Part shown: positions 51,101 through 60,368 of the stretch, in pieces
Layout of the letters: each line of letters begins with the position of its first letter
Numbering within the stretch: the stretch's first letter is position 1
Source of the DNA: Kiritimatiellia bacterium
GTDB lineage: Bacteria > Verrucomicrobiota > Kiritimatiellia > JAAZAB01
Assembly: GCA_040767085.1 (NCBI GenBank)
Contig: JAXGPF010000003.1
Span: 352,001 to 416,000, forward strand
DNA length: 64,000 nucleotides
Direction: 5' to 3'
The notes under the pieces: generated by a model
Told to the model about the DNA's origin: nothing
Databases searched by the model: none
What the model saw: only the letters and a program-made list of their open reading frames with translations
Made by a program: the position numbers and the translations under genes

Positions 51101-53382
51101 CCCAGCGCCTCCAGGATCGCACGGTTGCCGCCATACGGGACAAGCTCCACCTTCAAATCCGCCGTTTGCGGCCGGACGGACAGGTTGGCCAGTTCCGCCC
51201 GCACCTCGATTTCCGAGCGGGCCAGCTTGGGATCAATCAACAAGGCCCTGGCATAAATTTCCGGCCGTTCAATCAAGAGCACATCCCCGACAATGCCGCC
51301 GTAATTGCGGTCGGAGATGATGTATTTTTCACGCTCCCCGGACCGCCAGACGCGCACCGCCAGGGAGTTCTGGCCCGTGCGGACGGCATCGGTCACATCA
51401 AACTCGAACGGGCTGTTGCCGGCGCGGTCTACGCCCAGTTTCACGCCGTTCAACCACACGGCAGCTTCGTAATGCACCCGGTCGAAATGCAGAAACAGGC
51501 GTTTGTCCGAGGATTTTTCCGGCAAATCAAAGCGCGTGCGATACCAGCCCACGCCGTAAAAATTCTGGCCTTTCAGCCGACTATCGTACACATATTCCTG
51601 CGCCAGAGGAGGCAACAGCTTTTCTTCCGTGATCCATGTGCCGGGGACGGATCGTTCCGGCCAGGCGGAGTCGTCAAAATCGGGCCGCCAGAATTCCTTT
51701 TGCGTTCCCTCGTCATCCGCCGGATTGTTTTCCGTGCCCGGCAATTTCCTGATCTTCCAGGCGCCGGCCAGGTCGGTGATCTTCCAATTTCCAGGCCAGG
51801 GCTTGTAATCCGCAAGCTCCAGGTATGCCGCGGGCGCCTCCACCGAGTCGCCGAGCATGACTTTGTCCAGCGACGGGACGGCCAGTCCCTTGACATCCTG
51901 CCAATCAGCCTTGACATGTTTTTCGCCGAGGGCGCGCACCTGCTCCACACTCAGCCCGGAATGATCCACCCGGCCCAGGCACATCAGGACGGCATCATCC
52001 AGGTAGATCGCCGTGCCGGCCGGCAAATCCGTCGGCGCCCGCAACGCGCCGGTGAGGGTCTTGCGCGGAATGTTGGTTTCCGTACCGGTCATGGAAACCA
52101 TTGGCGCCATCCGCGTATAGCCCTCCAGGAAAAACCGGACGGTGTGTTTTTGCCACGCGGTCCCGGCGGTAATGGTCTCGTTTTTCGGGACGATGGTCTC
52201 GCGTTTGAGCTTGCCGCCGGTTTCATCGAGATTCCAGACGTAAACCAGAACGCGTACGTCAGGCTGGCGCGCATTGCCGGCATCGCCCCGAATCCACACG
52301 GAAAATTCATACTCGTTGCCGGCCGCGGGTATTACCTGGCCCTCCACACCGTATGCGCCATGCAGCGCATCGCTGAAAATGACGCCCACGGTGCCTTTCC
52401 CGACGCCTTTTTCGGCGGACCGGAATTCGCGGACCGACAGGCGCCCGCAATATTGGCCGGAATGGCAGTCGTTTGTGGATAACGCGAAATCCGGCAGCAT
52501 CGTGCCGGCATTGTGAATCGTTATCTCGGGCGGCTTACCGGCGGCATCGGTCTTTTCAAATCCGCCGTTAAAAAGCAAATTAGCCTGCTTGCCGCCCAGG
52601 TCGTATTCCGCGCCAATATCTTCGCTCGCCGGCGCCGGGTCTTCAACCAAGCCGGCAAGGTACCGGATGCAATCCAGCAACAGCATTTTTTCCGCACCGG
52701 ATGGCGGGACCACGGAACCGTCGGCCAGCAAGCCGGGCAGCGACCCATTGGCAATGTAACGCCCCTTGCCGACCGACCCATACACTACTACCGCGCCGGA
52801 ACTCTTGGCGTTGTCGCCGGTCTTTTCAATCCCGCGCGCCAGGATTCTGCCGGCCGGTCCCGGCTCGGAAACGACATAATCGAAATAACTCAGGGGAACC
52901 CGATCGCCCTGCCGCAGGGACGGCGTAAAAGGCTGGGCGCGGGAAACAACCAGTTCGGCGGTAAACGGATCGCGGCTGATGACATCATGGTAAACGCCTT
53001 TCGCTATTTCCGGAAACAAAGGCGCATGGTTCTTGTAACCGACGGCGTCATGCGTCACCATTAATCCGCCGCCGCTTTCCGCCCAATGCTTGACGGCGGG
53101 AAACCAGCGTTCATAGGCCGCATAAGCCGGCGTTTCCTTGACGGTGCCCAGCGGCATCTGCGGCCAGATCAGCACCTGGTATTTTGCCAGAATCTCCGGG
53201 GCGGCGTCCTGGATCACTTCCGGCGCATATTCACGGGCCCGCTGCGCCAAGGCCTCGCAGATGCCGTCGGCATATCCGGGCTTGTCGCCGAATTTGAGGA
53301 TGCCCACGTTGATTGGCGCGGCCGCGACTGAAAACACGCACACTGGAACCAACGCCACTGATAGTTTTGCGATACTTCTCAT
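48133..53382 (-). CDS. Large secreted GH2-family glycoside hydrolase with ThuA/GATase-like and CBM-like accessory domains
   Basis: GVGWYR..F, LHF..V.Y...VWLNG, PF.FDVT, WSP..P.LY, FGYRE, CDELGIL and NHPS...YTIGNE (acid/base) motifs. N-terminal signal peptide. Confidence 0.85.
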   Translation of the reverse strand: MRSIAKLSVALVPVCVFSVAAAPINVGILKFGDKPGYADGICEALAQRAREYAPEVIQDAAPEILAKYQVLIWPQMPLGTVKETPAYAAYERWFPAVKHWAESGGGLMVTHDAVGYKNHAPLFPEIAKGVYHDVISRDPFTAELVVSRAQPFTPSLRQGDRVPLSYFDYVVSEPGPAGRILARGIEKTGDNAKSSGAVVVYGSVGKGRYIANGSLPGLLADGSVVPPSGAEKMLLLDCIRYLAGLVEDPAPASEDIGAEYDLGGKQANLLFNGGFEKTDAAGKPPEITIHNAGTMLPDFALSTNDCHSGQYCGRLSVREFRSAEKGVGKGTVGVIFSDALHGAYGVEGQVIPAAGNEYEFSVWIRGDAGNARQPDVRVLVYVWNLDETGGKLKRETIVPKNETITAGTAWQKHTVRFFLEGYTRMAPMVSMTGTETNIPRKTLTGALRAPTDLPAGTAIYLDDAVLMCLGRVDHSGLSVEQVRALGEKHVKADWQDVKGLAVPSLDKVMLGDSVEAPAAYLELADYKPWPGNWKITDLAGAWKIRKLPGTENNPADDEGTQKEFWRPDFDDSAWPERSVPGTWITEEKLLPPLAQEYVYDSRLKGQNFYGVGWYRTRFDLPEKSSDKRLFLHFDRVHYEAAVWLNGVKLGVDRAGNSPFEFDVTDAVRTGQNSLAVRVWRSGEREKYIISDRNYGGIVGDVLLIERPEIYARALLIDPKLARSEIEVRAELANLSVRPQTADLKVELVPYGGNRAILEALGFSPPDASAPQTADGGRHELAPGTNAISLKISMERPVPWSPACPFLYELVLSANGREAGRERFGYREVGTQSNRYLLNGKGFYPKGIIFDMPSPAPGIWRNHANLLRRVLAAHKMWGVNMIFIQGEQIFAPRNLYDICDELGILINEWQGATAQKLIKTSVLFDDDNTARRIRYIYNHPSFAVYTIGNESRQKEFIEPINHVYDLVKQIDGQQRPVCAVSGGAPQVLRFKEDVVDIHAYPGSIYGHPLDMREIFENANREVWAAHGQMLPVGNWEMGGAKISMVGSEYAKGRQLFSAPALDKEALIQHITQADPGYHMPLGFRWAMLYGLRRHFVEAPAKLASDPEFDVLRRDNPGDLARRESFWAAKYYVEWAAKNVLEECRRLGELMRGGFGINMGRFYALFYLRDQDGKISVKSGLPWFEIWNLPGGSLAASELYSTYKRAFKDEFICADVFARNCFAGRPLALTVYAVNDTQADAEGWQARVVILDQDGKAVADKISPAGKVKAMTRNLLPFEMKIPADWPTGFYDVQMYLMRNSGGSASTPAVISDNHYEFFVMNARDLQDKLDAGGRRVALFDVSNQKITTGGILEGLGVKFERIETFDRLADYDVLIIGAESHDGAVVAAGEKINEWLKQGGRLLQFEQYFPNTLSWLPQMSIIKRLGGNVGSIIAPDHPVFAGINASANWDTWNGRLERTSRGGKQGGIFSALISPINKTALALGCQDTPRATDAAVQMLVSDVKVGQGQALVSQAAATFRYDSDSVATKFIQNCIKYILSDETGFAEPLSGLNILNVDSRRCGYIDLAAVAKQRVEVDQSWLDALRQGLKSCGGLRFMLADPRAALLTGGMEFKLPDAMQYMDPEWEAQKQATDHDQGALLKNRVDTLFIMAALPGPAPDGAPAARLKLVFQDGAEEVRELIVGRDIAPVGRNSDLENAKYIGHGFYVTQWPSPRSDATVVKLTVEPLAEGGLLLGGITATLAREKVHGL

Positions 53383-53397
53383 ACCTAATCTCCGTTG

Positions 53398-54150
53398 TTA
53401 AACCGCCGATTCCACCAGCATCTTGCGCACATCTTCCGCCAGACGTTTCACGCCGGTGTTAATCAGAAACTCGCCGAACTCCGCCGTGGCGTGCCGGTTT
53501 TCCGCAACCACCTCGGGCTGCATGTCGTAAAATCCGTCAAAGGGCTTGTCCAATTCCGACAAATCCACTCCGGCCGGATCGATGGCCATGTTAATGGAGG
53601 TCTCCCATAATCCGCCGTGCGCGCCGGAATTCTTTAAGCCGTATTTGGCCTTGGCCTTTAAAAGCTCGTCCTTGATGTAATCGCCTGTGCCGGCCGCCAG
53701 CAAGCGCATGCCGCCAACATTGCCGCCGCGTTCCTCGGAGAACGCCTTCAGCATGTGGACGGCCGGCCCATGCGCTCCAAACAAGACGCACAATTTGAAT
53801 TTCAGGCACTCGGCGAAATATTCCGTCAACCCGGCAATAATGTTCCAGCATAAATCCCGGCCGCCGAACACGCCGGGGTACGCCTGAAAATCGAACGTTT
53901 TTAACTCTTCCAGGGTTTTCGAGGGCGGACTGCCGGCCGGCACGATCGGAATGGTCGGATGGACAACACCGCCGGAGATGGCGGCGGCGCGCCGGCAGAT
54001 GACATGGCCTTTGCTGAAATCAATCGCCATGGATTGATGCGTCCCGTGGTATTCCACGCCGCCGAACGGACAGTAGATCACCGGCGCGCGTTCGAACTCC
54101 GCGCGGAATTCCCGCGGCCGCATTTCCTCGAATTGGTGGGTGCGTGCCAT
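53398..54150 (-). CDS. Creatininase/creatinine amidohydrolase family protein
   Basis: P.G..EYHG.H....D, GAHG and HGG..ETS motifs. Start placed at MARTH (54150). Confidence 0.85.
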   Translation of the reverse strand: MARTHQFEEMRPREFRAEFERAPVIYCPFGGVEYHGTHQSMAIDFSKGHVICRRAAAISGGVVHPTIPIVPAGSPPSKTLEELKTFDFQAYPGVFGGRDLCWNIIAGLTEYFAECLKFKLCVLFGAHGPAVHMLKAFSEERGGNVGGMRLLAAGTGDYIKDELLKAKAKYGLKNSGAHGGLWETSINMAIDPAGVDLSELDKPFDGFYDMQPEVVAENRHATAEFGEFLINTGVKRLAEDVRKMLVESAV

Positions 54151-54394
54151 TTGTCTATCCTCTCTGTTGTTTACCAACCCTAATTTTGCACCGCGCAAGT
54201 TTGGTTCAAGGCGCAGCGCGAAGGATGCCGCTTGAGCAGATGGGAAAATAATTCACCGCGAAAGAATATAAAATAGCATAAAGCTAAACAGCCTTTTTTG
54301 CGTCTTTTGCGTTCTTTTGCGTTCTTTTGCGGATAATTCATTCCAACACCAATATTCGTGCGGACTTCGGGCGCCATCTGTTGTTAACTACCGC

Positions 54395-55588
54395 TTACGT
54401 CAAGCCGTGTGCCCCGGTGGTGCGCCGGGCAAAATACTGCGTACCGAAATGTTTTACATCATCCAGCGGCATGAACATGCCGCCGGCATGCAGCGGCTTT
54501 TTTTGCTCCAAGTGTTCCAGCATGATCCGCTGCAGGCGGCTTTTGCGCGGCGCGGTTTGCAAATCCAACTCCCCCGCCGCTTGGCGGAAAACGAAATCAA
54601 TGCCGGCGGTCGGCGTCGACTTGATCGGAAACAGGAAAACCTTGCGCATGAACTGGGCCATGTTGGAGTCCGGCAAAAGCGTCAGCCAGTCGGGATTAAG
54701 AATCCACGACGTGCAGGTGAAACTTTTAACGCCATGCCCCGGCAGATATCGGCGGATTATTTGGGCGGCAGCGCGCAGGGAAGCCTCGCAATCATCGGGC
54801 AGCATGGGCCGCCCGGGGGGGATATGCACCGTCGCCGCACACATGCGCGGCGCCATGACCGTCTCCCATTCCGCCGCATTCAGCTCCGCGCGTTCTCTTA
54901 AAATCCGCCCGGCCGGGACAATCCGATTGCCGGAGATTTTGCCGGAAGATTGCTCCATGCGCGTAATGAAAGCGGGCGCGGCATTATCCCCGCAGACCAA
55001 GCCCGCATCGTCCACCGCTACGCCATCGGATGCCAGCGCCGCAACCTCGCCGGTATTCCGGTTGCAAAAGCCCCAGGCGGGCAGTTTTTCCGACATATTT
55101 GCCAGCAGGTAGACAAATATGCCTGTTTTAAACATTGTTTCCCGATAATATTTGCCGGCCCAATACAAGCTTTTGATATAGGCATCGGGAAAATCCGCCA
55201 TGGCTCTTGATGAATTGCCGAGGGCGCGGCAAGATTCGCCGGTTACATCCGACGGTAAACCAAGTTCCGCATGCCGCGTCCGAATCAGCGGCGCCAGCAA
55301 TGCCAGCAGAATTTTGACAAGCAGCATGCGATCAACGGTAATGCCGGCGAAATCACCCCGGGTCAGACCTGTGCCGTCCAACCATGCCTTTTGATAACAA
55401 GTCCTGAGCGCCGCCAGATTGGCGGGAGCGCCGAGCGCCCCGGAATCGTAAGCCGCCATGACCGTGGGAAGTTCCTCATCCAATCCGGCCGCGGCCAGCC
55501 ATTCGGACAGTTTTGCGCGCTCAGGCAAACGCTCAAGTGTCAAACTATGTTGCATCCGCATTTTCCGTAAGGCGAGCATTGCCCTCAA
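54395..55588 (-). CDS. Acyltransferase-domain (DUF5596-like + GNAT-like) protein
   Basis: H..LG.P..V, VHIP.G.P.....C..SL..A, F.C.SW.L.P and SN..QF motifs. Start is uncertain (55555-55588). Confidence 0.75.
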   Translation of the reverse strand: MRAMLALRKMRMQHSLTLERLPERAKLSEWLAAAGLDEELPTVMAAYDSGALGAPANLAALRTCYQKAWLDGTGLTRGDFAGITVDRMLLVKILLALLAPLIRTRHAELGLPSDVTGESCRALGNSSRAMADFPDAYIKSLYWAGKYYRETMFKTGIFVYLLANMSEKLPAWGFCNRNTGEVAALASDGVAVDDAGLVCGDNAAPAFITRMEQSSGKISGNRIVPAGRILRERAELNAAEWETVMAPRMCAATVHIPPGRPMLPDDCEASLRAAAQIIRRYLPGHGVKSFTCTSWILNPDWLTLLPDSNMAQFMRKVFLFPIKSTPTAGIDFVFRQAAGELDLQTAPRKSRLQRIMLEHLEQKKPLHAGGMFMPLDDVKHFGTQYFARRTTGAHGLT

Positions 55589-56001
55589 CCCAAATCGAAA
55601 TAGGTATCGGCATCGATCCCGATTTCGATTATATTTTTAATTCAGTAGCATCCCATAGAAAACCGCTTTATTTTCTCACAAAGACACCAAGCCACAAAGA
55701 AGATGGGGATTATTTATTACGGAACCGGATAAGCAGTTAGCCACCCGCCTTCTCTAAAGCTACGGCGGGCAAGCGCATGGACTGTAAAAGCCTGGATGTA
55801 ATGTAAATGCAGGGGATATTGAAAGATGCCGCGCTGGCCGTTGGGCGGACATGGATCGGGTGACACTCGGATACCCGAATAAATTCGCGTATCAGGGTGT
55901 CAGCCGATCCGTCAGACCGGCAGATGCCGGTCGGCGCGGCAGTCGTTCGTGATCTGAAAATCTTGTGCATCTTGTGCATTTTTGTGGCTAATCAAAAACA
56001 T

Positions 56002-57627
56002 TCATTCCGTCGCCGGGCCGGCAGCGGCTGGCGGAGCGGCGCCGATCATCACGGGCTGGGAGAAAATCATGTCCACCGTGCCCGGGGGATATTTACCCGC
56101 ATCAGCCCAGCCCGTGTTGTCGTTGATGCAGGAGATCTCATAGACATTCAAATCGGTGAACATCGCAGCCGTCAAAGGCTGGCCGCGATTGTGCGTGTTG
56201 GGATAGGCAAACGCTTCCACCCTTACGTATTTGCAGGCAATGGCGCCGGCCGAATCCCGCGGAAATTCGAAATAAGCGTCCGCGGCGCCGTCCGCCGCGC
56301 GCGCGACACCCGCGTCGGTCACGAACCGGATTTGCAGATTCGGGCGCTTGTCGGGGTCGGCGCCCGCCACGGCCGCATCCAGGCCCAACGGCTGCCCCTG
56401 TTGATCGCGCCGCACGGCGATCCTCGCAAAGCGGAAACGGCTGCACTCCGGCACCGGGGGGACCGCGGCCGGCGCGTTTGGCTCAGCGGCGCTGACCAGT
56501 CCGAAAAACCGGCCCTGGCGGTAAGCGCGCAGGGCATTCTGCTCGCGCTCGGCCATCGGCAGGTCCTGCATGGGCGGCACCAGCAACACATTGCGTCCGC
56601 GTCCAGAATCCCGGTGGTCATTAACGAAGAACCCGAAACAGCGGCGGCCGGCGCCCAATATGGCATTCCATAACTCATAGAACCCCATGTCGGCGCCCCG
56701 CCGCGCGCCCAGCGGGTAATGGTCGTTCCAGACTTCGATCCCCAGCACGCGCGGGTCGAAATCCAATAGCGGCAGGCAGGCCGCGACAGGCAAGCCGGGA
56801 TGATTGATGGTGATCCCGCCGCCATCAGCATACTGCAGCCCTTCAATCGGCTTGTCGTTTTCATCCCGCAGGGTTCCATCCAGGGCCGCGCGGAACGCAT
56901 CCCGCCATGGCCGATGCACGCCTTGCGCAAGGCTGAACAGTTCGATCCGCACAGCGGCAGGATCGAACTCCAGCCGTACCCGCACCTTATCCTCCTGCAC
57001 ACGCAGCAAGATCGGTTCGCGGCTGCGGATGCTTCGCTGGAATATCCGGCTTTCCGGCAGCGGCCGCCAGGTGGCCCGATTCACGGCCAGGGCGCCGTCC
57101 ACTGTCAGTTTCACCTCCGGCTCGCCTGCGCCCAGCGCCGTAAAACGAATATCCGGCCAATAGATGCTCCGCCAGGGCTCATGGTCCGGATCATATACCT
57201 TGGCCCCGGTAAACACATGTTCAAACGGCGCATTGGTATTTTCTATTTTTGCGCTCATCCGGCCGCCGGTGGCATAAAAACTGCCCAGCGTATTCCAATG
57301 AATGCCCAGGTCGGAGCAACCGTGCTGCTCGGCGTTGGGGGCGAAGACCGCGTCGGGGTATTTTTGGGTCAATTCCTCCGGCACCGGATAAAATGGTTCG
57401 GAAGGATAATAATTCGACAATGGGAAATGCCGGTATCCCCGGACATACAAATCCGGCACGCGCGCGGCGGCGCCATGCTGGTGGGACATCGAATGCAGAT
57501 ATTCCACCTTGTCCCAATCCAGGCCGTCGTATGGATTCCGGATCATCGGGCCCTCCGCCGTCCACGCAGCGCGGGCTGCCAAAAAGCCGCACAGCAGCCA
57601 GGCAAGCATTTTAATTTCATGTTTCAC
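56002..57627 (-). CDS. Secreted protein with PHP-like metal-dependent phosphoesterase motifs
   Basis: Signal peptide, NPY, SHQH, NAEQH, HWN, INHP, GIEVWN, NDH and YVRVEA pattern, with an internal insertion. Confidence 0.6.
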   Translation of the reverse strand: MKHEIKMLAWLLCGFLAARAAWTAEGPMIRNPYDGLDWDKVEYLHSMSHQHGAAARVPDLYVRGYRHFPLSNYYPSEPFYPVPEELTQKYPDAVFAPNAEQHGCSDLGIHWNTLGSFYATGGRMSAKIENTNAPFEHVFTGAKVYDPDHEPWRSIYWPDIRFTALGAGEPEVKLTVDGALAVNRATWRPLPESRIFQRSIRSREPILLRVQEDKVRVRLEFDPAAVRIELFSLAQGVHRPWRDAFRAALDGTLRDENDKPIEGLQYADGGGITINHPGLPVAACLPLLDFDPRVLGIEVWNDHYPLGARRGADMGFYELWNAILGAGRRCFGFFVNDHRDSGRGRNVLLVPPMQDLPMAEREQNALRAYRQGRFFGLVSAAEPNAPAAVPPVPECSRFRFARIAVRRDQQGQPLGLDAAVAGADPDKRPNLQIRFVTDAGVARAADGAADAYFEFPRDSAGAIACKYVRVEAFAYPNTHNRGQPLTAAMFTDLNVYEISCINDNTGWADAGKYPPGTVDMIFSQPVMIGAAPPAAAGPATE

Positions 57628-60187
57628 TTTCCCGCTCCTTTATCCTGCGTAGTGCGGCAATTCCATCCTGGATATCCGCAAGTTTCAAGGCCTGCATCTT
57701 ACTGGCAGCGTCTTCGGGCGCTTCTAAGCGCGTGTAAAGCGCGCGGTGCCGCTCGATCAAGTCGGCAGTTTCCTGTTCCAGTGACTCCATTTCCGCCAGC
57801 AATTGCGCGGCGCGGCGTTTTAGCGTGGCCGCATCCCGCGCCGGGCGCGCGCTCCCCGCCGCCCGCGCCGTCATCCCGAAAAGCATGGCAAAACCATTGC
57901 CGGCATCCGGCGGCTGCAATGTCACCGACGCCACTTTCGATCCCGGCCGCGGATTTTTCCACCAGCACAAATAAAGGAAAATGCGGTAGCCGCGGCCGCC
58001 ATCTATGGCCTTGGCGCCTTCCCAGGCCGGCATGCTATCCAGCAGCACCCCGCGGCCGCCGGCCCGCGGACCGGCCGACCAGTTCCAGATATTGCGCCCC
58101 ACCACCAGCGGCAGATCGGCATGGCCGGCATCGGCATATTGCATGCGCAACACTCCCACGCTGGTATCCGGCGCGCCCCAGGCGGCACCCGCCAGGAAAT
58201 ACAGGCTGTCGCAAGCGCAGCCCAGGGGCAAGGCAACCGGCGCTCCGTATTCGCGGCCAACCAGGGACTCCTGGCCGCCGACCAGAATGGCGCGCCGGCC
58301 GGCGCAACGGCGCGGGTCCGGTATCTCGAACGGCACCCCATGGATGAGATGCCGGCCGGGCTCAAGGTTGAAAATCCCCGCCCTTTTGACCATCACCCCG
58401 TCCCAGTTCAAGCCGCCGGCGATATCCACCGGCTGGTCGTCCCCAGATCCCGCTTGCAGCCGGCCCGACAAAATGCCCGCTTCCTGCAGGGCCGCCAGGC
58501 GCCGCGCCATATCCAGGCGCAGGGCGGTCAATTCCGCATATACTCCCCCCATCGCATCGGGCGCCGCCGCGGCATGGCCGCGCAGGTCAAGCGCCGTATC
58601 GCGCAACACGGCCAGGTCATCCGGCTGGGGCGCAATGGCATACCCGCGCGCGTCCACCATCAGCCGGTCGGCCGTGGCGGCGGCTTGCGGCAGCGGGCTC
58701 GCGCGCCCGAGCGTCATCCGCGCGAAGCGCTCGAAGAGCGCGCGCTCATCACCATCGGCGGCCTGCCAGGCATAAGCTGCGCCAGCCGCCACGCCGTGGA
58801 GGGAACTGTGCACCGGCAAATAGCTTTCCCAGGTGGTGTTCAATAATCCCAGCGCCCCGGCCTTGACGGCCGACCGGCAAAAATAGCGGTTATTGGCTAC
58901 CCGGCCGGTAAAACCGATCTGATCCATCGTGTTCGCCATGGGCGAAGCCAGCACAGCATAACCTTGCTCCTGGAAAAACTTCAGGTAAGGGAAGGATTCG
59001 AACAGCGCCGGCCCATCGTGGGCTACGATATATTTGCCGTATAAGCGCCGGTGCAGTTCGGGAATCTGATTTTCCTGTCCCGGGTGGAATTCTCCAGCGC
59101 CGCGCAAAAACAGGGCCTGCCCCTGCGCGCCTTCCGGATGGCCGGAATAATTCCAGTCGGCAAATACCGTTTCCCGCGGCAGCCGCTGCAATTCTTCGGG
59201 ATGCATGATAATCATGTCGCTCCACATGACGGGGCGCGCCCCATGCGCCACAATCCAGCTTCCCAGGTCGGCGTAATAATTCGCGTAGAGTTCCGACAGC
59301 TTGCCGGCGCGCGCGTATTTATCGCAGGCCGGGCAAAACCGGCCCAGGCGAAAGACTTCATCGCCGGTAATCGAAGCGTATCGCGCCCCCGGATGCGCGG
59401 CCAGGACTTCCTCCCAGATGCTCTTGATAAAACGCAATGTTTCGGGATTACTCGGGCAGAGTTCCTGCGGATTGCCCGGCACTTCCGCCAGGTGCTGGAA
59501 TTCGGGATGTTTCAGGTATGCCTGCGCATGCCCGAGCGAATCGAGGCTGGGGATGATTTCCAGGTAACGATCAGCGGCAAAATCCCGCATCGTTTTTATC
59601 TGGGCCTTGCTCAAGGCAGCCGGATGATTCAACACCGGATAACGCTCGAAGGCAAACCGGTCGTCATACTCAAACACCAGGGCGTTGTATTTCCAGGTCG
59701 CAAGCCGATCAATCAATTGCAGGATTTCCTCGAATATCGGCAGGTTGCCGGCGCCGGTAATATGCAAGCCGCGGAACGGCAAGTCCGGCCAGTCCTGGAT
59801 GCGGCAGCAGGGAATCTCCGCGGCGCGGTTCATTTGCCGCAACGTCAGCAAGGCATAATACAGCCCCTGTGGCGCACGCGCCCGCGCCCGGATCTGGCCG
59901 GCGCCGATTTCCAGCAGGTAGGCCTGGTCCAGCGCATCCGGACGGACCGCGGACGGCAGGTTCAACGCGGTGTCCAGTTCCAGCGCCAGGTTCGCGGCCG
60001 CCGGCAAATCGCACTGTTCCACGGCGCCCAGCGCCGCCGCGGCGCGCAGCAAGCGGCCGGCATCCGGGGCGGCGGCGCCGTGGACGGATAATTTTAAACA
60101 CCCGCCCGGCGCCCGCCAACTTCCGGAACCGCGCTCGATTTCCCGCGGGAGCGGCAATAAATCCACCGGCATATCTCGATTCGTCAT
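57617..60187 (-). CDS. GH20-family hexosaminidase-like protein
   Basis: LLPLPR, QAY.L, GLYYALLTL.Q, IQDWP....RG.H, KYN, EIIP..DSLGH, catalytic GDE, MWSDM and TTW motifs. Confidence 0.85.
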   Translation of the reverse strand: MTNRDMPVDLLPLPREIERGSGSWRAPGGCLKLSVHGAAAPDAGRLLRAAAALGAVEQCDLPAAANLALELDTALNLPSAVRPDALDQAYLLEIGAGQIRARARAPQGLYYALLTLRQMNRAAEIPCCRIQDWPDLPFRGLHITGAGNLPIFEEILQLIDRLATWKYNALVFEYDDRFAFERYPVLNHPAALSKAQIKTMRDFAADRYLEIIPSLDSLGHAQAYLKHPEFQHLAEVPGNPQELCPSNPETLRFIKSIWEEVLAAHPGARYASITGDEVFRLGRFCPACDKYARAGKLSELYANYYADLGSWIVAHGARPVMWSDMIIMHPEELQRLPRETVFADWNYSGHPEGAQGQALFLRGAGEFHPGQENQIPELHRRLYGKYIVAHDGPALFESFPYLKFFQEQGYAVLASPMANTMDQIGFTGRVANNRYFCRSAVKAGALGLLNTTWESYLPVHSSLHGVAAGAAYAWQAADGDERALFERFARMTLGRASPLPQAAATADRLMVDARGYAIAPQPDDLAVLRDTALDLRGHAAAAPDAMGGVYAELTALRLDMARRLAALQEAGILSGRLQAGSGDDQPVDIAGGLNWDGVMVKRAGIFNLEPGRHLIHGVPFEIPDPRRCAGRRAILVGGQESLVGREYGAPVALPLGCACDSLYFLAGAAWGAPDTSVGVLRMQYADAGHADLPLVVGRNIWNWSAGPRAGGRGVLLDSMPAWEGAKAIDGGRGYRIFLYLCWWKNPRPGSKVASVTLQPPDAGNGFAMLFGMTARAAGSARPARDAATLKRRAAQLLAEMESLEQETADLIERHRALYTRLEAPEDAASKMQALKLADIQDGIAALRRIKERESET

Positions 60188-60208
60188 TGTACTATCTGCC
60201 TTTCTGTT

Positions 60209-60362
60209 GAGCCAAGTTCAAAAGTCGCCCCCCGCCACCTTGTGTAGCAGGAACGATAGGTTATGCAAAAAACAAAATGTGGTTTTTAAACAACATGTGG
60301 CGTTTTGCATAACCTTGGTCTCCGGCGGGGTAAACCCGCCGGGGGACTTTTGAAATTGGCTC
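60209..60362. mobile_element. MITE-like element, same TIR family as 40346-40466
   Basis: GAGCCAAGTTCAAAAGTC...GACTTTTGAAATTGGCTC, with internal perfect IR GGTTATGCAAAA/TTTTGCATAACC. Confidence 0.7.
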
Positions 60363-60368
60363 CAGTGC

